Assembly (NCBI GenBank): GCA_040954595.2
Contig: CM082576.2
Location: 7,319,129-7,383,128, forward strand
Direction: 5' to 3'
Origin: Balanoglossus misakiensis
Lineage: Eukaryota; Animalia; Hemichordata
DNA length: 64,000 bases
The notes below the pieces were generated by a model that saw only the letters and a list, made by a program, of their open reading frames with translations, had not been told where the DNA came from and did not search any database. Of this stretch, positions 1-13,286 are shown one piece after another. Each line of letters opens with the position of its first letter. Positions within the stretch are counted from its first letter, which is position 1. Made by a program: the position numbers and the translations under genes.

Positions 1-129
1 AAGTCTCACAGTATCAAACACATGATAAGACACACAACACATTTATACAGTCAACTACATGCATGTGTATTTGGTAGAGGGAGATATCACAATACTTGAA
101 ATGATCTATCCATGTACCCTATTATGTAC

Positions 130-1607
130 CTCTTTGAATGCTGCTCTTTCTCCCACTTTTTCCATGTCCAAGTACAGAGTATTGGATGACAGAATGGTTT
201 CCGGATGACACAGGTGGGATATCCCTGGAATAAAGTTGACGTACAATTTTATCTGCCATATTCCACTCTATATGTTTTGTGTACAGTGGTTCAGATTCTC
301 AATATTTTGTTCATAAATAAAGTCATATTGTTATCCCATCTGACTTAGAGGTACCGCCTTGGATGCAATACCAACACACAAACTTTATACATACATGTAC
401 ATACATTCATTGACCTAAGGTATTCAAAATGGTTAAATGTTATTAGCATTCAAAGCAAACAAGCCCTGGCATTGCAATAACGCTCTAATGACAAACCAGC
501 CAATAAACTGACAATGTTTATGTCTTTTGTAGAATGCAGACACCCATTTCCATTATACTTAATGGATTAATATAAATCAGAGAAATGCATGACCCTTGAA
601 AGGATAGAGCAAATGAATTTAATCCTCTTAATATTGCCTAAAAGCCATCAATACTCACTCTCAAATAAATCCTGCTTGATGGCCATGTCATCAATCACAG
701 CTTCAAAGATCCACTCAGCATCACTGACGGTCTCCTCCAGTCGACTCATACAAAGTACTTTGCCCTGGATATTAGAATAGAATTATGAGAGTTGAAAGAA
801 AATAATGAGCAAGAAAGTAGGAAGGGGTATTTTACATGTGGAACAAACAACTGAGTGCATGAAAGTTGTCTTGGCTGAGGAATCACCAACAGCAACCTTA
901 CTGCTATAAAGATACTCTGGTTCACTGATACTCCTATGTCAGAGTCATTACCAGGACTGCAGACAGTGTTTCATCTGTACGAAGTGCTGGAGGAAGCAAA
1001 GCCCAAATGAGCCAACCAATCCATCTGAGAAACATTAACAAACTTTATGGACACTTACAAGAAAATTTGGATGAGTCATAAGTCCCTCCTGTTTAAGTTC
1101 TTCTTTGTCGTCTTCCAGATTGGCATGAAATGCATCTAATGCAGCCGAATTCTGGTCATAGATCTTGACTCGATGACCATGATAGGCCATGTCACCTGAA
1201 AAAGAAATATAGGCACTGTTTCATTCAGGTTAGGGTTCATTTGCTGCAAATCATCCCTCCCAGGAGTGATGCTGTGGAGAAAATGACCCTTGACCCTTGA
1301 CCCAAACCCTTACCATTGAATACCTTAACCTGTCAACAAACAAATGGGAACATATTTGTAAACAAACAAACAACAAACATACTTTTATTATGTTAATTAA
1401 TAACAACAAACAAGTAGCACACACACATAGTCCTAACCCTGTCCTACACAGAGAGAGAGCTCCTTGTGCTAGCTGTTTGTTCTATACTACTTATAGCCAC
1501 CTGGGCCTTGCTCAAGTCAATGACATCTTAGTAACTTCCTTAGACTTATTCTTACCAGCAATTTTGGTACCCATCAAACCGCAGCCAATGACAGCTACTC
1601 GCACCAT
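130..1607 (-). CDS. 3-hydroxyacyl-CoA dehydrogenase family (3HCDH_N, NAD-binding) protein, 5' part; gene continues past the window start
   Basis: Exons 1607-1556, 1195-1059, 764-659 and 224-130 are all GT-AG and phase-consistent. They give MVRVAVIGCGLMGTKIAGDMAYHGHRVKIYDQN...DAEWIFEAVIDDMAIKQDLFERISHLCHPETILSSNTL..., with the Rossmann GxGxMG, EAV.D...K and SSNT motifs of the family. Confidence 0.9.
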
Positions 1608-2320
1608 TTTAAAAACTGGTCAATCCCTGTTCTGGACTGAATATTCACAATCTGGTTGAGCCACAATTGCGTCACATTGTAACTTGAGCCACCCTCAAAA
1701 GCTGCAGTGTTATGATTTACTAGGATATACCCAACGACATCAGGAAGTGATAGAGTAGATACCATTAACCTGGATAGGGGTTTCGGTTTTTTCTTATCTT
1801 TCTGAAATACAATGACTGTTAACACCTAAGTCATACAATACTCATGTATGATTTTGTAGACATATTTTGGAACTGTTTCGAAAATGTTTTAAGTCATTAA
1901 AAAATGTTCATGTGGCCTATGATGATACTGTACGCTTCGAGTATCATCCCTGCAAAGAATAGTATATCCTTGACCCCACGAAAGACCGATTATTCTCAAA
2001 ACGTTCGTTTGTGAGATGATAAAAGAAAAATCTGCTCGCAAACGAGTGATAATTGACACAAAAGTAAGAAAAGTGTTATCTCAAAATAATAATGCGTGCA
2101 TTTTGTCAGGAGAGACTAGTCACAGATTACACAGTGAGCGCCGTTCCGATATGAGCATATTTAAGAGTAACTTAGGAGGCCCTCTAAGGATTCCCTCTTC
2201 ATCATCAAGCTTGTAGTACTTTATTCAGCGAAGGTTAGTAGTGTGTGTACGTGTTTAGAGCCTGAGATCCAATGCAGCTTGGTCATCAACCGGTCGATCG
2301 CTGACAGACAGAGGACTAAC
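1608..2320. promoter_or_regulatory. Putative bidirectional promoter between the 3HCDH-family gene and CAMKMT
   Basis: The divergent start codons are about 0.7 kb apart and CpG is locally higher at about 1930-2150. TSS positions cannot be determined. Confidence 0.5.
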
Positions 2321-5300
2321 ATGGCTTCTGGGAGCAAGACATGCCATAGTCTTTCTCCAAGGCGAATGGTGATGAGTGCAGCTCGGCAGAGATGGAGGCT
2401 ACTGGGCCAGGTAATGATGATGCAGTGTATCCTATGCATGCCAGTGGCTGTTCTTCTCTTCCAGTAATTCCAACTGACAGACAAGCTAGCTGCAGTGTTG
2501 GTGCTCTTACTTAGAACTGATTGTGAAAACTAGATTTCCATTTACAAGTTTGATTTTGTTTTCCCTCAATCTCTACAAATCGTCTTGTCCACCTTGCATC
2601 AGGTAATCGCCAGAAAGCGGGGAAGAGGAACTCGCTCTGGCGAGAACAACTCCGTATCTAAAAGAAGATTCTCTTCCTACGGCCTGATGACAGCACACCT
2701 ACTAGAACACAATTCAAACATTGACAGAGATGGTGTCTGGTACGAATACACATGTTCAGAATTTCCACAGTATAGGTTGGACATTAGGTGAGTTAATACA
2801 AAGTCGTTGCCATGGTAACGGACTACAAAAAACATTGTCATGTCACATATTAAGATAAACATCTATGACATCTCCCATCACTTATAATAATGAAACTTGA
2901 TATTATGAGACTGACATCTGGGGAACAAGTGACATTACCGTTGAAAAATAAATCCTTTCTTTCATAGAGATAACCTTGCATATTTTAACGGTCTATAAAA
3001 CTTTGAAAGAAAGTCTATGTGAATTGTACCATTTCCATTACTTCCCTTTGTGCATGTTAGTGTTTAATTAATTAAGTAAAATAGTTTGAATGATTGGGTC
3101 AATGTTTTCAGCCTAACAATTCTAAACAATTTGACATACTGGTGTGTATACAAGTCTGTGTAATCCAGAAGGCCGCTTTGCCCTTCTCAATAAAAACAAA
3201 CATCCGAACAGGGAATGTCAGAAATTCCTGGCTGGTAATAACTTGGGTTGTGCAGATGTAATGTGATACACTACAGAAAATATGTAATTGGAAAGTGATC
3301 CAAGCACTTACGTTCATTCTGTTGCTATTATCAATGAAGTGCAATTCTATAGTATACAAAGCTCTGTGTAGGAGAGAGGGAGGGGGTGGGATATTAGAAA
3401 CTGAGTGGGATGGATAGATGGCTAGAGGAAAAATGTGGCAGATAGGTAAAACGAAAACTGTAGGATGAAATATAACAAGTAGATGTTGATTTCTTTTTCC
3501 CAGTCTGTAAAAGTCACACTGATCCGTTTCGCCAATCAATGAATTAAATACAGTTGCTTTCTGGCAAGTAAAAGCACGGAACACTGGAGACCTCTTACAA
3601 CTGCCGCAAAGGTGAATGATATTCTCCATTGGTTTGTGATATTAAAATGTCAGTGATGTAAAATGTCAGACAAGCCATCAGTAAATGTTGCGTTAAATGT
3701 CACAGAAATACCGTAGGGGTATGGCTTTATTTCACTTTTGAATAATCTATCAACTACACATGGTCTGTAGTGCTAATCCTGGTGATTTTTATCGACACAT
3801 TTGGCCAGTGGCAGCTTGCCATTAAATTAAGGTAGTATGCCCCTCAGGGACAGATTTCAGTAAAATGATAATTCCCCTAACCTTCTAAATCTTTGCTATA
3901 TTAAAGCATGTGGGGAGCCCGTTTGAAAACGAAGAAGAAAACTGGGTGTTTAAAGTCTTTTTTCATGAAAATCTCTAATTTAAATTTTCTCCATAGACTT
4001 AACACAGGGATTGATGGCCATTTTGAATTTCGAATTTGAGACAATTTTGCTCTATCATTCAAGATTTGTTGGACAAAAGTATGATAGAGTTAAATAAGTA
4101 AAAGATGCTATTTTCAAGAGAACATTGTGAAGAGAAGAAAAATCCACAAAAGCAGATTTGCCATTCCGGTCCAGGGATCGCGTTAGTGCAGTTTTCTTGC
4201 GTTTTCTGTTTGTAATTAGCTCCAGAATGAGATATCTCCCCTGACGCTATGACAGCAGCTGTTTGAAGATGTTTCGAATCCCTGAAGGAAGGAGATGAAT
4301 GGTAAATGTAGTAGCTCTCTCATCTCAAAAATCATTGCGTGTTTCCAGATATCTGTGTGAGGGGTTTACTCTGTAAAGCCCTTGGAATTTGTCAGGTCAG
4401 AGGTCAGGATTGGTCCGGCTCTTTTGCAAAGCCAACTATTTTTTTGCAGATTACTTGCATAACTTTATATTCTGCACATACCATAGTCACATACAACCAA
4501 TACTAACCAAGTGATGATAATTCTTCTTCTTTTTTGCTAAATTTTGTTTGCTTTTATTTTGTTGTAGATGGTTAAGGGGGATCGTGCATACATTCTTAGT
4601 CAAGCTGATAAAATTTTATCTTCTTGCTTTAAAAATTTGATTTCCTTCACAGGCTTCACTAGGCTCTTGTTGAATCTGGGTCATGGTGGCTGTAAAGCAA
4701 ATTCTCCACCTATGCAGATTTTCTGTAAAATAAAGAAATATGTGATAAACTTTTGAAGAGAAATTAAATTACGGATTATTTTCATATTGCCGTGTTTCAT
4801 AGAATCGGCCTCAGTCAGTGGGTTATAACTACATGTAAGCTATGTATGTGTATTTTTGTTTCAGTCAAACCTGTTTTTCTTTTACCATAGTATGGTAATT
4901 TTAAGCTTTTGTGATGAGTGACATTTGAATGTAGTGACATTAGTAACATACATCTAGGGATCATCTGATATGTCTCTCTTTGTGTTTTATTAAAAGAAAC
5001 TTAGCTGTAATTTCAATCCATCGTGACAAGTCATGTACAGTGTTTGGGGAGTGAAATAGTAGAGAGAGGTTCAGAGGTGCAGCTACATACATGCTTGTCT
5101 AGGGAGAGGCCAGGCAACTATTTAATGGCTACCTGAAAGTGTAAGTTTCTTTGAAGGGCAGCATCGAATGACATGACAAATGTCTTTCTTGACGCAAAGA
5201 CTTCACAGCTTCCTGCTCAGTTACGACAGCTCTTTACTCTCCATGCGCTCGCTTTCATCCCAAGCCTGACCAGTAACTAAGGGAACATGCGTCGATCCCG

Positions 5301-8300
5301 CCGAGAGATGTCAGTTTCCATGGCAACGGGGAAAGTTGTTGAGACACTTTGTCGTTCGGTTCCATCTGTGGGGGATTCATTAGAGGATGGAGAGTCCCCC
5401 CGCGAAGAGGGCTGAGATTGCGCGTGATATTTTCATAAATGTCCAGTCATTCAAAAACGTGATTCATTACGGTAATTGGAATGGCTCGGCAGGGCAGCTG
5501 GTTCGATTGAGGAAGAGCAGTCAGTCAGTCAACCAGCATGATGTGGCGCGTCGCAAATAGAAGTCAAGAGCAGAAAACTGTGGATTCAAAGTACATGTGA
5601 TCGGATTATTATGCACTCAACTTTCCATTAAAGAAGGGGGGATTATGTGAAGCATTTTTACTTGACTGAATATCGTGTTTGTTTGAGCATTGATAGCTGG
5701 GTCTTGCAAGCATGCGGAAGCATCCACTCAATTTCGTATCATTTTCTGTCCACTGTAGGGTATAAAAATAACCATGACTGAACATTTCATAAAGCCATTT
5801 AGAGTGGAACGAGAAACACATCCTTAGGGTTGGGATGTTGTTTTCTCGATAGCTCATCATCTTTGCCGAACCTCAGGGCATAGTTTCAGCTTCACAAGTG
5901 ATTGACATGACGTGTTCCGAATGTCAGCATGATATATATATCACAGGTGACCTCCTCAAAGCTAGCCCTTTAACCTCTGTACGGTGACAAGGTTATGAGG
6001 TTTTAATTCCCAAAAGTCGGGATTTTGTAAAAACGTACATTGCGTTAAAGTTCAGAGAAAGAGCTTCAATGTTGAAATTTAGATCTTATGTATTAAAGAT
6101 TTGATTTGATGAAATGTGATTGAAAACTATCCACATGAACAAAGCTGTCTGCATTTTAAACCATAATTTGGCCTATTTGTTCCGCCATCTTACAGACAAT
6201 TAACAGGCCCTATTGGTATAGAAGAATTAACAGGATTTAACAACACTGGAAACGTGTGTAAGTAACCATGGAAACAGCATGACCTTTTTCTTATCAAGTC
6301 GCTACACACAAAATTAATTTTGGAATTAATGAAAGTGGCTACCTGTTATAACATTCTGTGTAATCACACTGGCTATTTGTATTTTTTTTTAATTTTCATC
6401 AAGTGTGCGCTTGTAAACTCTGAAATAGCCAATTTTGTTGCAAAATTATTGCTACTAAAAGCAATCTGATCCTAACTTGAAATTATGCATAACAGTTGTG
6501 TAATTCTAATTGCAATGTGACTTGACTCTAACCATTGGCAATGTTTGTCGATAGGTGTGTGGCCCTCAGAAGAAGTATTAACATATCATTGCCTTAACCG
6601 ACTAGAATCCTTCAGGTAGGTCACACGTGTTTGGTGAAAAACTAGTATTATTTTGATTTGTAAGTTGTTATTTCAGATGACAACTTCGAGCACTTGTATA
6701 TATTTTTAGCTTCCAAAAGTTGGGGTTACTGGAGTTCCTTAACTTGCACTGAAATATGTAATGTGTAAAGAGGTATCTTGACTAGAGCGATGTCTGGCTC
6801 GATGTTTTTGTTGGTGTCTGCTTTTTAGAAAAAAAAACGGCCAACCACTTGTTGCCGCCAAGCACTTGATGATTGTCTCTCTGTTCACTCATTTGATTTC
6901 AGGGACAAAACTGTGTGTGAGTTAGGAGGAGGCATGACCTGCCTTGCTGGCATAGCGGTAAGTCATCAAAATATCACTTGCATTTTACAGGGTTTCTTTT
7001 AGTGAGATGTACGGTATAAACCGTCCCTGACCTTCCCTGGCAGCAAAGGTCATGATGTTTAACAAAAGTAACCATTGTTAGGTTCAGTAGTTAGTCGACA
7101 GGTGTAGACAGAGCATAGGTTAGATGGAAATTTCTCCCAGATTGGCACCCTAACTACCCATCATACCTAGACAATGTGGACACCGCTAAAGATGGGTGGG
7201 GTGGGGGGTATAGGGAAACCTCCAATTGCTCATTCAGAAGTCCTCACATATCAAAAGGGTCACCTTTGTCTGTCACGACCTGTAAATTCACCAGACTGCC
7301 GTCAACAACCTGCCCACTGATGTACCCTCTTCAGACGCGCTTTAATTTTGGTTCGCAATCAGTGTGCCGTCAGATCCGCTGACCAAATTAGCTAACGCCT
7401 CAATCAGACCAAGCGATGCATGGCAACAAGCACTCACAGAACCCCTTGTCCAACGTCTGATTGCCTAGACTTAACGCTAATGTCTCGCACCTCGTTGCAT
7501 TTCATTTGACAACAGATTGCTGCGTTCTCAGAAGCCAAGGAAGTCTTGCTGACGGATGGAAATGAAACTTCTGTTGAAAGTATCCTAACAGGGAGGGATT
7601 TGGACTGAAAAATGATATTTTTTGCCTGTGTTTGACAGACAGATACTATATGAAATACAGGTTATAAATAACTATAAATAAATGCATTTTAAATAACTAA
7701 AAATCATTCATTCCCACACAGCTGTTATTAGACTCATCCACAGTGTGGATATACTGGTGGGTAAAACAGTGTGGTGGTGAAAATTTTTTAAAAACAATCA
7801 TTGTAAATGTATTATCCTTAAGAGGTTTTTCAACAGATGTTAGACATATTACACAACGGAATCAAAGCCTGTTTGGACCAACAGTTGTGAAAACCAGGTA
7901 AGTACATGTCAGTCAAATTTGCACATCGGAGTCAGATGTGTACTGGTCCACAACTGAATAGATGACATGATGTAATAATTCTATTGATCCAAGTGTTTTC
8001 AACAGTTCACAACAGGACTGTATGTTTGAAATGGAAGAAAAGGTGCCATCTGTGTTTGAAAAATGAAGTTTCATAATATTTTGGTATTTTAAAAATGTTT
8101 TCCTGGACTTAATAGCAGTGTTGTATATGTATCCATTGCAGTGTTGTCAAATGGGATCGAGATGACAAGTACATAAATCTTGCCGGACGCTTTGATCACG
8201 TTATCTGCAGTGACTGGTATGTAATCAAGGATTGGTCTTACAAGATTTGAATTTCAAGTTCTGTCTCTGTAGTCTAGGAATGGGTTCTGTTGTTAGTAAC

Positions 8301-10038
8301 AGATAAAGTGTATAAGAAAAGTTTTATTTCCAACTTCAGGATCCATGGCTTGCAACTGGATAAGTACTATGATGAAAATAGACATTTTACTATGTAAATA
8401 TTACTTGCATCTTTCCGTCAGCTCTTCAGAGAGACCATTTCATGACCAGTTTCTAATGTTGACACCTTCCCATTTCTTTGTTCTTTACGCCAGTTTGTTC
8501 TTCGACCAATTCAGGGAAGACTTGCTTCATGTCATTTACACTATACTGAAGGCAGACGTAAGTTGATATCTCTTGAAGACAATTCGCTGTCACATGTTAG
8601 TATTGTCGCTGTGACATGAGTGTGGCTGATTGTCAGTTCTAATGTTCTATTGTGTACATACATGTATGTATGTGCGCATGTGCCCATTTGTGTTTCTGTG
8701 TCTCTATATCCACCTGTGTGGAGGTGACTTTATTGCATCATCCATTTTCTCCACTAAATGTCTCAAATGATGTTTCACAGATGGACCTCATACAGAATTT
8801 ATCCCATCCATTATGCATGACTCGTGGGAAGAGACATTTGCACAACTCTTGTGCAATATTGCACTCTCGGCGCAATAAATCCTGCTAATCCTGCCCCGTC
8901 GACGTCTCGCCGGTGATTTTTTTAATTGAATAATGATTAATGGCGTCTCATTTGCGAGTAATACACTGCAAGGAGGTGAAGCGTGGCCAGTGGGCAAGGC
9001 CGGCAATTTCTTGAGCTGTGATTTGATTTGATTTGTTTGCCAGGGACTGGTGACGGTGCTGGCTCCCAGCAGGGGCAACACGCTCGAGAAATTCTGCGAG
9101 ATGGCCAAGGAAGGATTTGAGGTGGAAAGGACAGATAACTACAATAAGACAGTCTGGGAGAAGCACGTACAGGTAATTTCTGTCTGTCTGTAAGATACTT
9201 CCACCCCAGTTCTCGACAGCCACCAGCAACATTTGCTATTAACTAGACCCAAAACAGCAATAAGGAGTCGTGTTTTTTCTTGCCTGCCTGTTAAGGCGCA
9301 GTCATCGACCCCCCAAGTGTAGTTTCTCGGGTGTATATTGTGAAGTCATCGTGGCGTTCATTATCCTAGTATCTGAGCAAAAAACCACTCCCGCATGACT
9401 CGTCACCACAGCGTGGAGATTAAAGGTCGAGAATATGTGAGACTTGTTGCTCTGAAGAGAATTGGATTTGTGAGTTGAAAATGTGCATTTAATCGTGTTA
9501 TCCTTGATGCGGTCACATTCTATGGCCCGAGTGTCTCCTTAATTAGGCCCTCTGTTATTCATTTGCCCACACTGCAACAATTTTGTTTTGGTTTATTTTC
9601 TCTTGGGGGTGTTGGGGAGACGGAAGTTGGATGGGAAAGCGTGACGGAAATTTTTATTCTGTGTGTCTGCGTGATGAGTAATGGTGCGAAGGCACAGTGG
9701 GTTATTTTCAAGGGCTGCTTGAAGTAGTTCCAACTAAAGAACAAGTTCAACTAACTTTTATCCTCAAGGATGAAAGTATTATTATCTCTGCCCAGTTCAT
9801 GTTCTTCACCACTGGTTTGGCTCATCTACTTTCTTATATCTTGCACTCGAGCAGTTCTTAACCATTTCTTTGATTTGTGATTGTTTTTTTCCCCTCTCTT
9901 CCACAGGCCAAGAGTAACAAAACCGAGGGTTATGATGAAAATATCCACTACCCAATCCTGCTGATGCTGAAGAAACAGAGGATACCAGTATTGACCACGC
10001 CGCACAGAGTACAAGTCCAAGCAGCTAATCTTGGTTGA
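2321..10038 (+). CDS. CAMKMT: Calmodulin-lysine N-methyltransferase (325 aa, 11 exons)
   Basis: Exons 2321-2410, 2603-2787, 6196-6257, 6555-6615, 6903-6957, 7516-7579, 7837-7897, 8142-8216, 8494-8557, 9044-9172 and 9907-10038 total 978 nt in an open frame. Family motifs: ARQRWRLL, RRFSSYGL, GFNNTGNVCVWPSEE, ELGGGMTCLAG, LLTDGN, SDCLFFDQ, APSRG, YDENIHYP. Confidence 0.96.
3827..4060 (+). repeat. Degenerate interspersed repeat copy, related to the one at about 23400-23700
   Basis: Shares the core TTTTCTCCATAGA(C/G)TTAACAC..G.GATGGC...ATTTTGAA (3984-4027 vs 23601-23642). Boundaries are approximate. Confidence 0.5.
7580..7836 (+). other. Probable U12-type (minor spliceosome) GT-AG intron 6 of CAMKMT
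   Basis: Donor GTATCCTA, U12-like branch point TCCTTAAG at 7815-7822 about 15 nt upstream of the AG, and only a short pyrimidine tract. Confidence 0.75.
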
Positions 10039-11115
10039 ACCAAGCAACATTGGACCAATATATGTCAGTGCAACACACAGTAACAAAAAAATAAGGTTTC
10101 CATTTGTCTGTTGAGCTTCTGGTGCCATTATAAATCTGTTATTATTTTAAATTTTAAGCCGCCCATTGTCCTTGGAGAACAGGGCCAGTTTGGTTGGATG
10201 TGTTTTAGTGCTGTAAAATTTCACCATGCTCACCGTGGGACCATCTCAGTGACCGTATACGTTAAAGGCAGCTATATATGTATGGGGGCCAATTTTCTGA
10301 CTTTTTTACTTCTGGCAACCAACGTGTGTGTTAAGACATGTTTTTATGATAGAAATCTACAGATAAAATCCTTGGATATGAAATGGGTGTGCACATAGTT
10401 AGTCCAGTTGATCGCCGTCCAGTATAGATTTGTCAGTGTTAACTTATGGATAGGTTGTGTCTTGATATTTGACCTCTGAAACTCACTGACACTAGAAAAT
10501 GACTGATTCACAATGGAGCCCAGTAGTGGAAATGGGATTACTCGTGTTTAATCTAATTTTAAAACTTCCAAGATGTTTTTAATTAAACGTTGTTCCTCGG
10601 TGTCTGTTTCAAAAAAAGTATCTGTTGTATACTTTTGTAAAGTAAATATCAAGAGGTAGTTTTTGCTCTGATTTTACCTGCTGATGGTAAAATGAAAACT
10701 GTCCCAATAGTGCTTTGAAGTGACCAAACCGAATCTGCATGACTTATTTATTCCCTCCTTCAAATGTCAAAAGGTACAGTCACCGTGTCTTTCCTGCTGA
10801 AGGTGATCTCAGTTAATGACTCCATGGTAACGAGGAATTTACAACAAACAAGATATCTGTAGATAATTTATATTTTTGCTGCTATTGGCAATATATAGTA
10901 AAATGTGTACAGATTTATATTTCCCCAGATCAAAGATGTCTATTACAGTAGATTTATGAATGGGTTTATTGCCAAATATTCCATGGTATGAAGATAATTA
11001 CGTGTACATCTAGAGATTACATATTTTTCAATTTCATGAAAGTTGATGTAGTTCTTGTTGCCTGTATGTGTGCATGAACAAGATGAGAAAATTTCCAACA
11101 TTACAATTGTGACTG

Positions 11116-11121
11116 AATAAA
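11116..11121 (+). terminator. Candidate polyadenylation signal (AATAAA) for CAMKMT
   Basis: AATAAA about 1.1 kb after the stop codon, followed by a T-rich tract and then a shift to CpG-rich sequence. Confidence 0.4.
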
Positions 11122-12570
11122 ACTGAATATTTCAAGTCTTGCTACACAGCATTGTTTTTTGATCATTATTTAAGAGACAAAGTCTCTCTCTCGCTGCCCT
11201 TTTTCCAATACCGGTATCCTAAAAGTGAGCCCTCAACGGCGTGATCTAAACATCTTCCGTTTTAAAAGATCCGAGTGGGACTCAGAACCAACCAACAGCC
11301 ACTGGTGACATCACGAATACTTTAATACATGAACCATAGACCCTGGGTATGTCTATACATGAACTCAGATTGACCTATTCACGCGGGATTTGTATCCAAG
11401 GGATGACGTATCCAACATGGCAACAAGCAGAATACAAATCAACGTTGTCTGGATTTTTTTCACTTCCACTATTAAAAAGGGCTTGGGCCATTTCCTTGAG
11501 GCTAAACCTCGCGTGTACGTGATTTTATTTACAGGCATGCAATGATCACTAGAATTGTCTGCATTTTTGTTCTCGTCCAGAGCGACAAACTCAAAGGGGC
11601 CCTATAAATCACTACATGTACATCTGTAAAAAAAATATTTCTCCCCTTTAGGTAGATTGTGTCTGAGAGTACTAAAATGAAAGTATATTATTACAGGTAT
11701 GATTGCACTGTACTCGCTGGAAACCGCAGATATAATGACGTTCGAAATAACAGCTCATTGGGGATCACAACGGTGAATACATTTGTGTCATGTTTATCAG
11801 ATTGGACGGCGTGATCGGAATTTAAACCAAGGAGGAAGACGCTTGCTCAAAAAAATAGATATTTTATTGAAGCCAACATGTGTTACATTTATCGTGAACA
11901 TACATTGGCACCAAGGCGTTGTTCATTTCCTTCGCTTACGTAACGCGACATCTTGAATATAAACATTATGTCGAACACCTGACAGTCAATTTCCTTTCGA
12001 AGCATGTTAACCGGGAGTTGTCAATAAAGAAGTGTTAAAACAGTCCACACTCGACTGTTTTCTGTCCAGTTATGATCAGAAGCAAGCTTGAGGTTATTTA
12101 ACAATTCAAAATCGATTACTATAGTTATATGCCGCCCTTGCAACACTGGCTCTGGCAGAATATTCATAACTTTTCGGTCACGTGTTTATGTGACGTCAGT
12201 AATGACATGAAATGGACAAACTGCGATGACGCCATAATTGCAATAAGGGTCGTTTTGACGTCAAACTAGGGTGACTCGGTTTATAGACGACAATGTCTCC
12301 CGCTGTTTTTGTTGGCTTTTTTGTCTTTCACAGAGATGTACAGGTTATACTGCGAGTGACCAACCGTGTCCGTGCTAATTAGTGTTCCATTTAAAGAATA
12401 AAACAGTGGTAATGAGCATCTGCAATAATGACCTGTGCATTCAATGGGCATCCTCAGTGAAGTGCATGTACGTCATGATCAGGTTTTTGTTGCACGCCAC
12501 AATTAAATCCTAAACACGGTGTGCATTGGAACTCGACTCCTGAGACTGCCAACAGTCTGACTGTTTTCCT

Positions 12571-12606
<36 letters not shown>
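12571..12606. repeat. (ATG)12 microsatellite
   Basis: Read directly. It produces the spurious poly-His ORF 12454-12660. Confidence 0.95.
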
Positions 12607-12608
<2 letters not shown>

Positions 12609-13286
12609 TGTGCGACCACCTGTTGATCTGTAGAATACTTGTCCATACAAAACATACCACGACTATTAACTGTTATGCACCGTGCCTCCATTCACTTAAC
12701 TTCTTCACTAAGTTTTATCCAGTGTCTTGTCGCTTACTTTTCACAGGGGTTTCTGTGGTCAGATTTTGTATCAGAATATATGTGAAATCATTCTCGGCCA
12801 ACGGAGAACTATACGGTCCATGGCGAAAACACATTTAATACACATATCAATGATGACATATACACGTCGTATCACACAAAAACTCCATCGAAACGGAACT
12901 GGATATTTCTGCAAGCGAATCCGCGGGTGCTCCTATTTATTTACCGAGAGTTGAATTATATTAATCGGCTTAATATATAAATCTTAGAACGGTTGGCCAC
13001 AAAAATGTGTCCAGTGAGGTTATTTAAAACATAGACCGGAAAAAAGCCATGGCTTTATCAAAACGATGTCTGAGTTGAAAAATATGTACACCACAAAATT
13101 TACAAAGCTACAATTTGTGTTACAAGAAATTGCTTTATAAAAGTCAGTTGTATTCTAAATACAATCCTTATACATTCCGCGAGATATCCCCCCTCCCCCT
13201 TTCCATCACGAACTTCGGTGGGTGGGTGGGGGAGGGGTCTGAGATAATGTCACTCGTTTGTGAAGAAAGATTTGAGTGTACAGAAC

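Noticed and set aside
2413-2477. C-box/D-box-like words (ATGATGA...CTGA) in CAMKMT intron 1
   Set aside because: Overlaps the splice donor, with no terminal stem or recognisable guide sequence.
3108-3629. 173-aa minus-strand ORF inside CAMKMT intron 2
   Set aside because: Intron-like composition and no recognisable motifs, so probably a chance ORF.
4268-4285. GTTTCGAATCCC T-loop-like motif
   Set aside because: No cloverleaf or A-box context, so not a tRNA.
4349-4395. Possible extra CAMKMT cassette exon
   Set aside because: Exon 2 joins exon 3 (6196) directly and gives the expected family length. The donors here are weak and the longer version contains a stop.
12454-12660. Poly-histidine ORF
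   Set aside because: Translation of the (ATG)n microsatellite.
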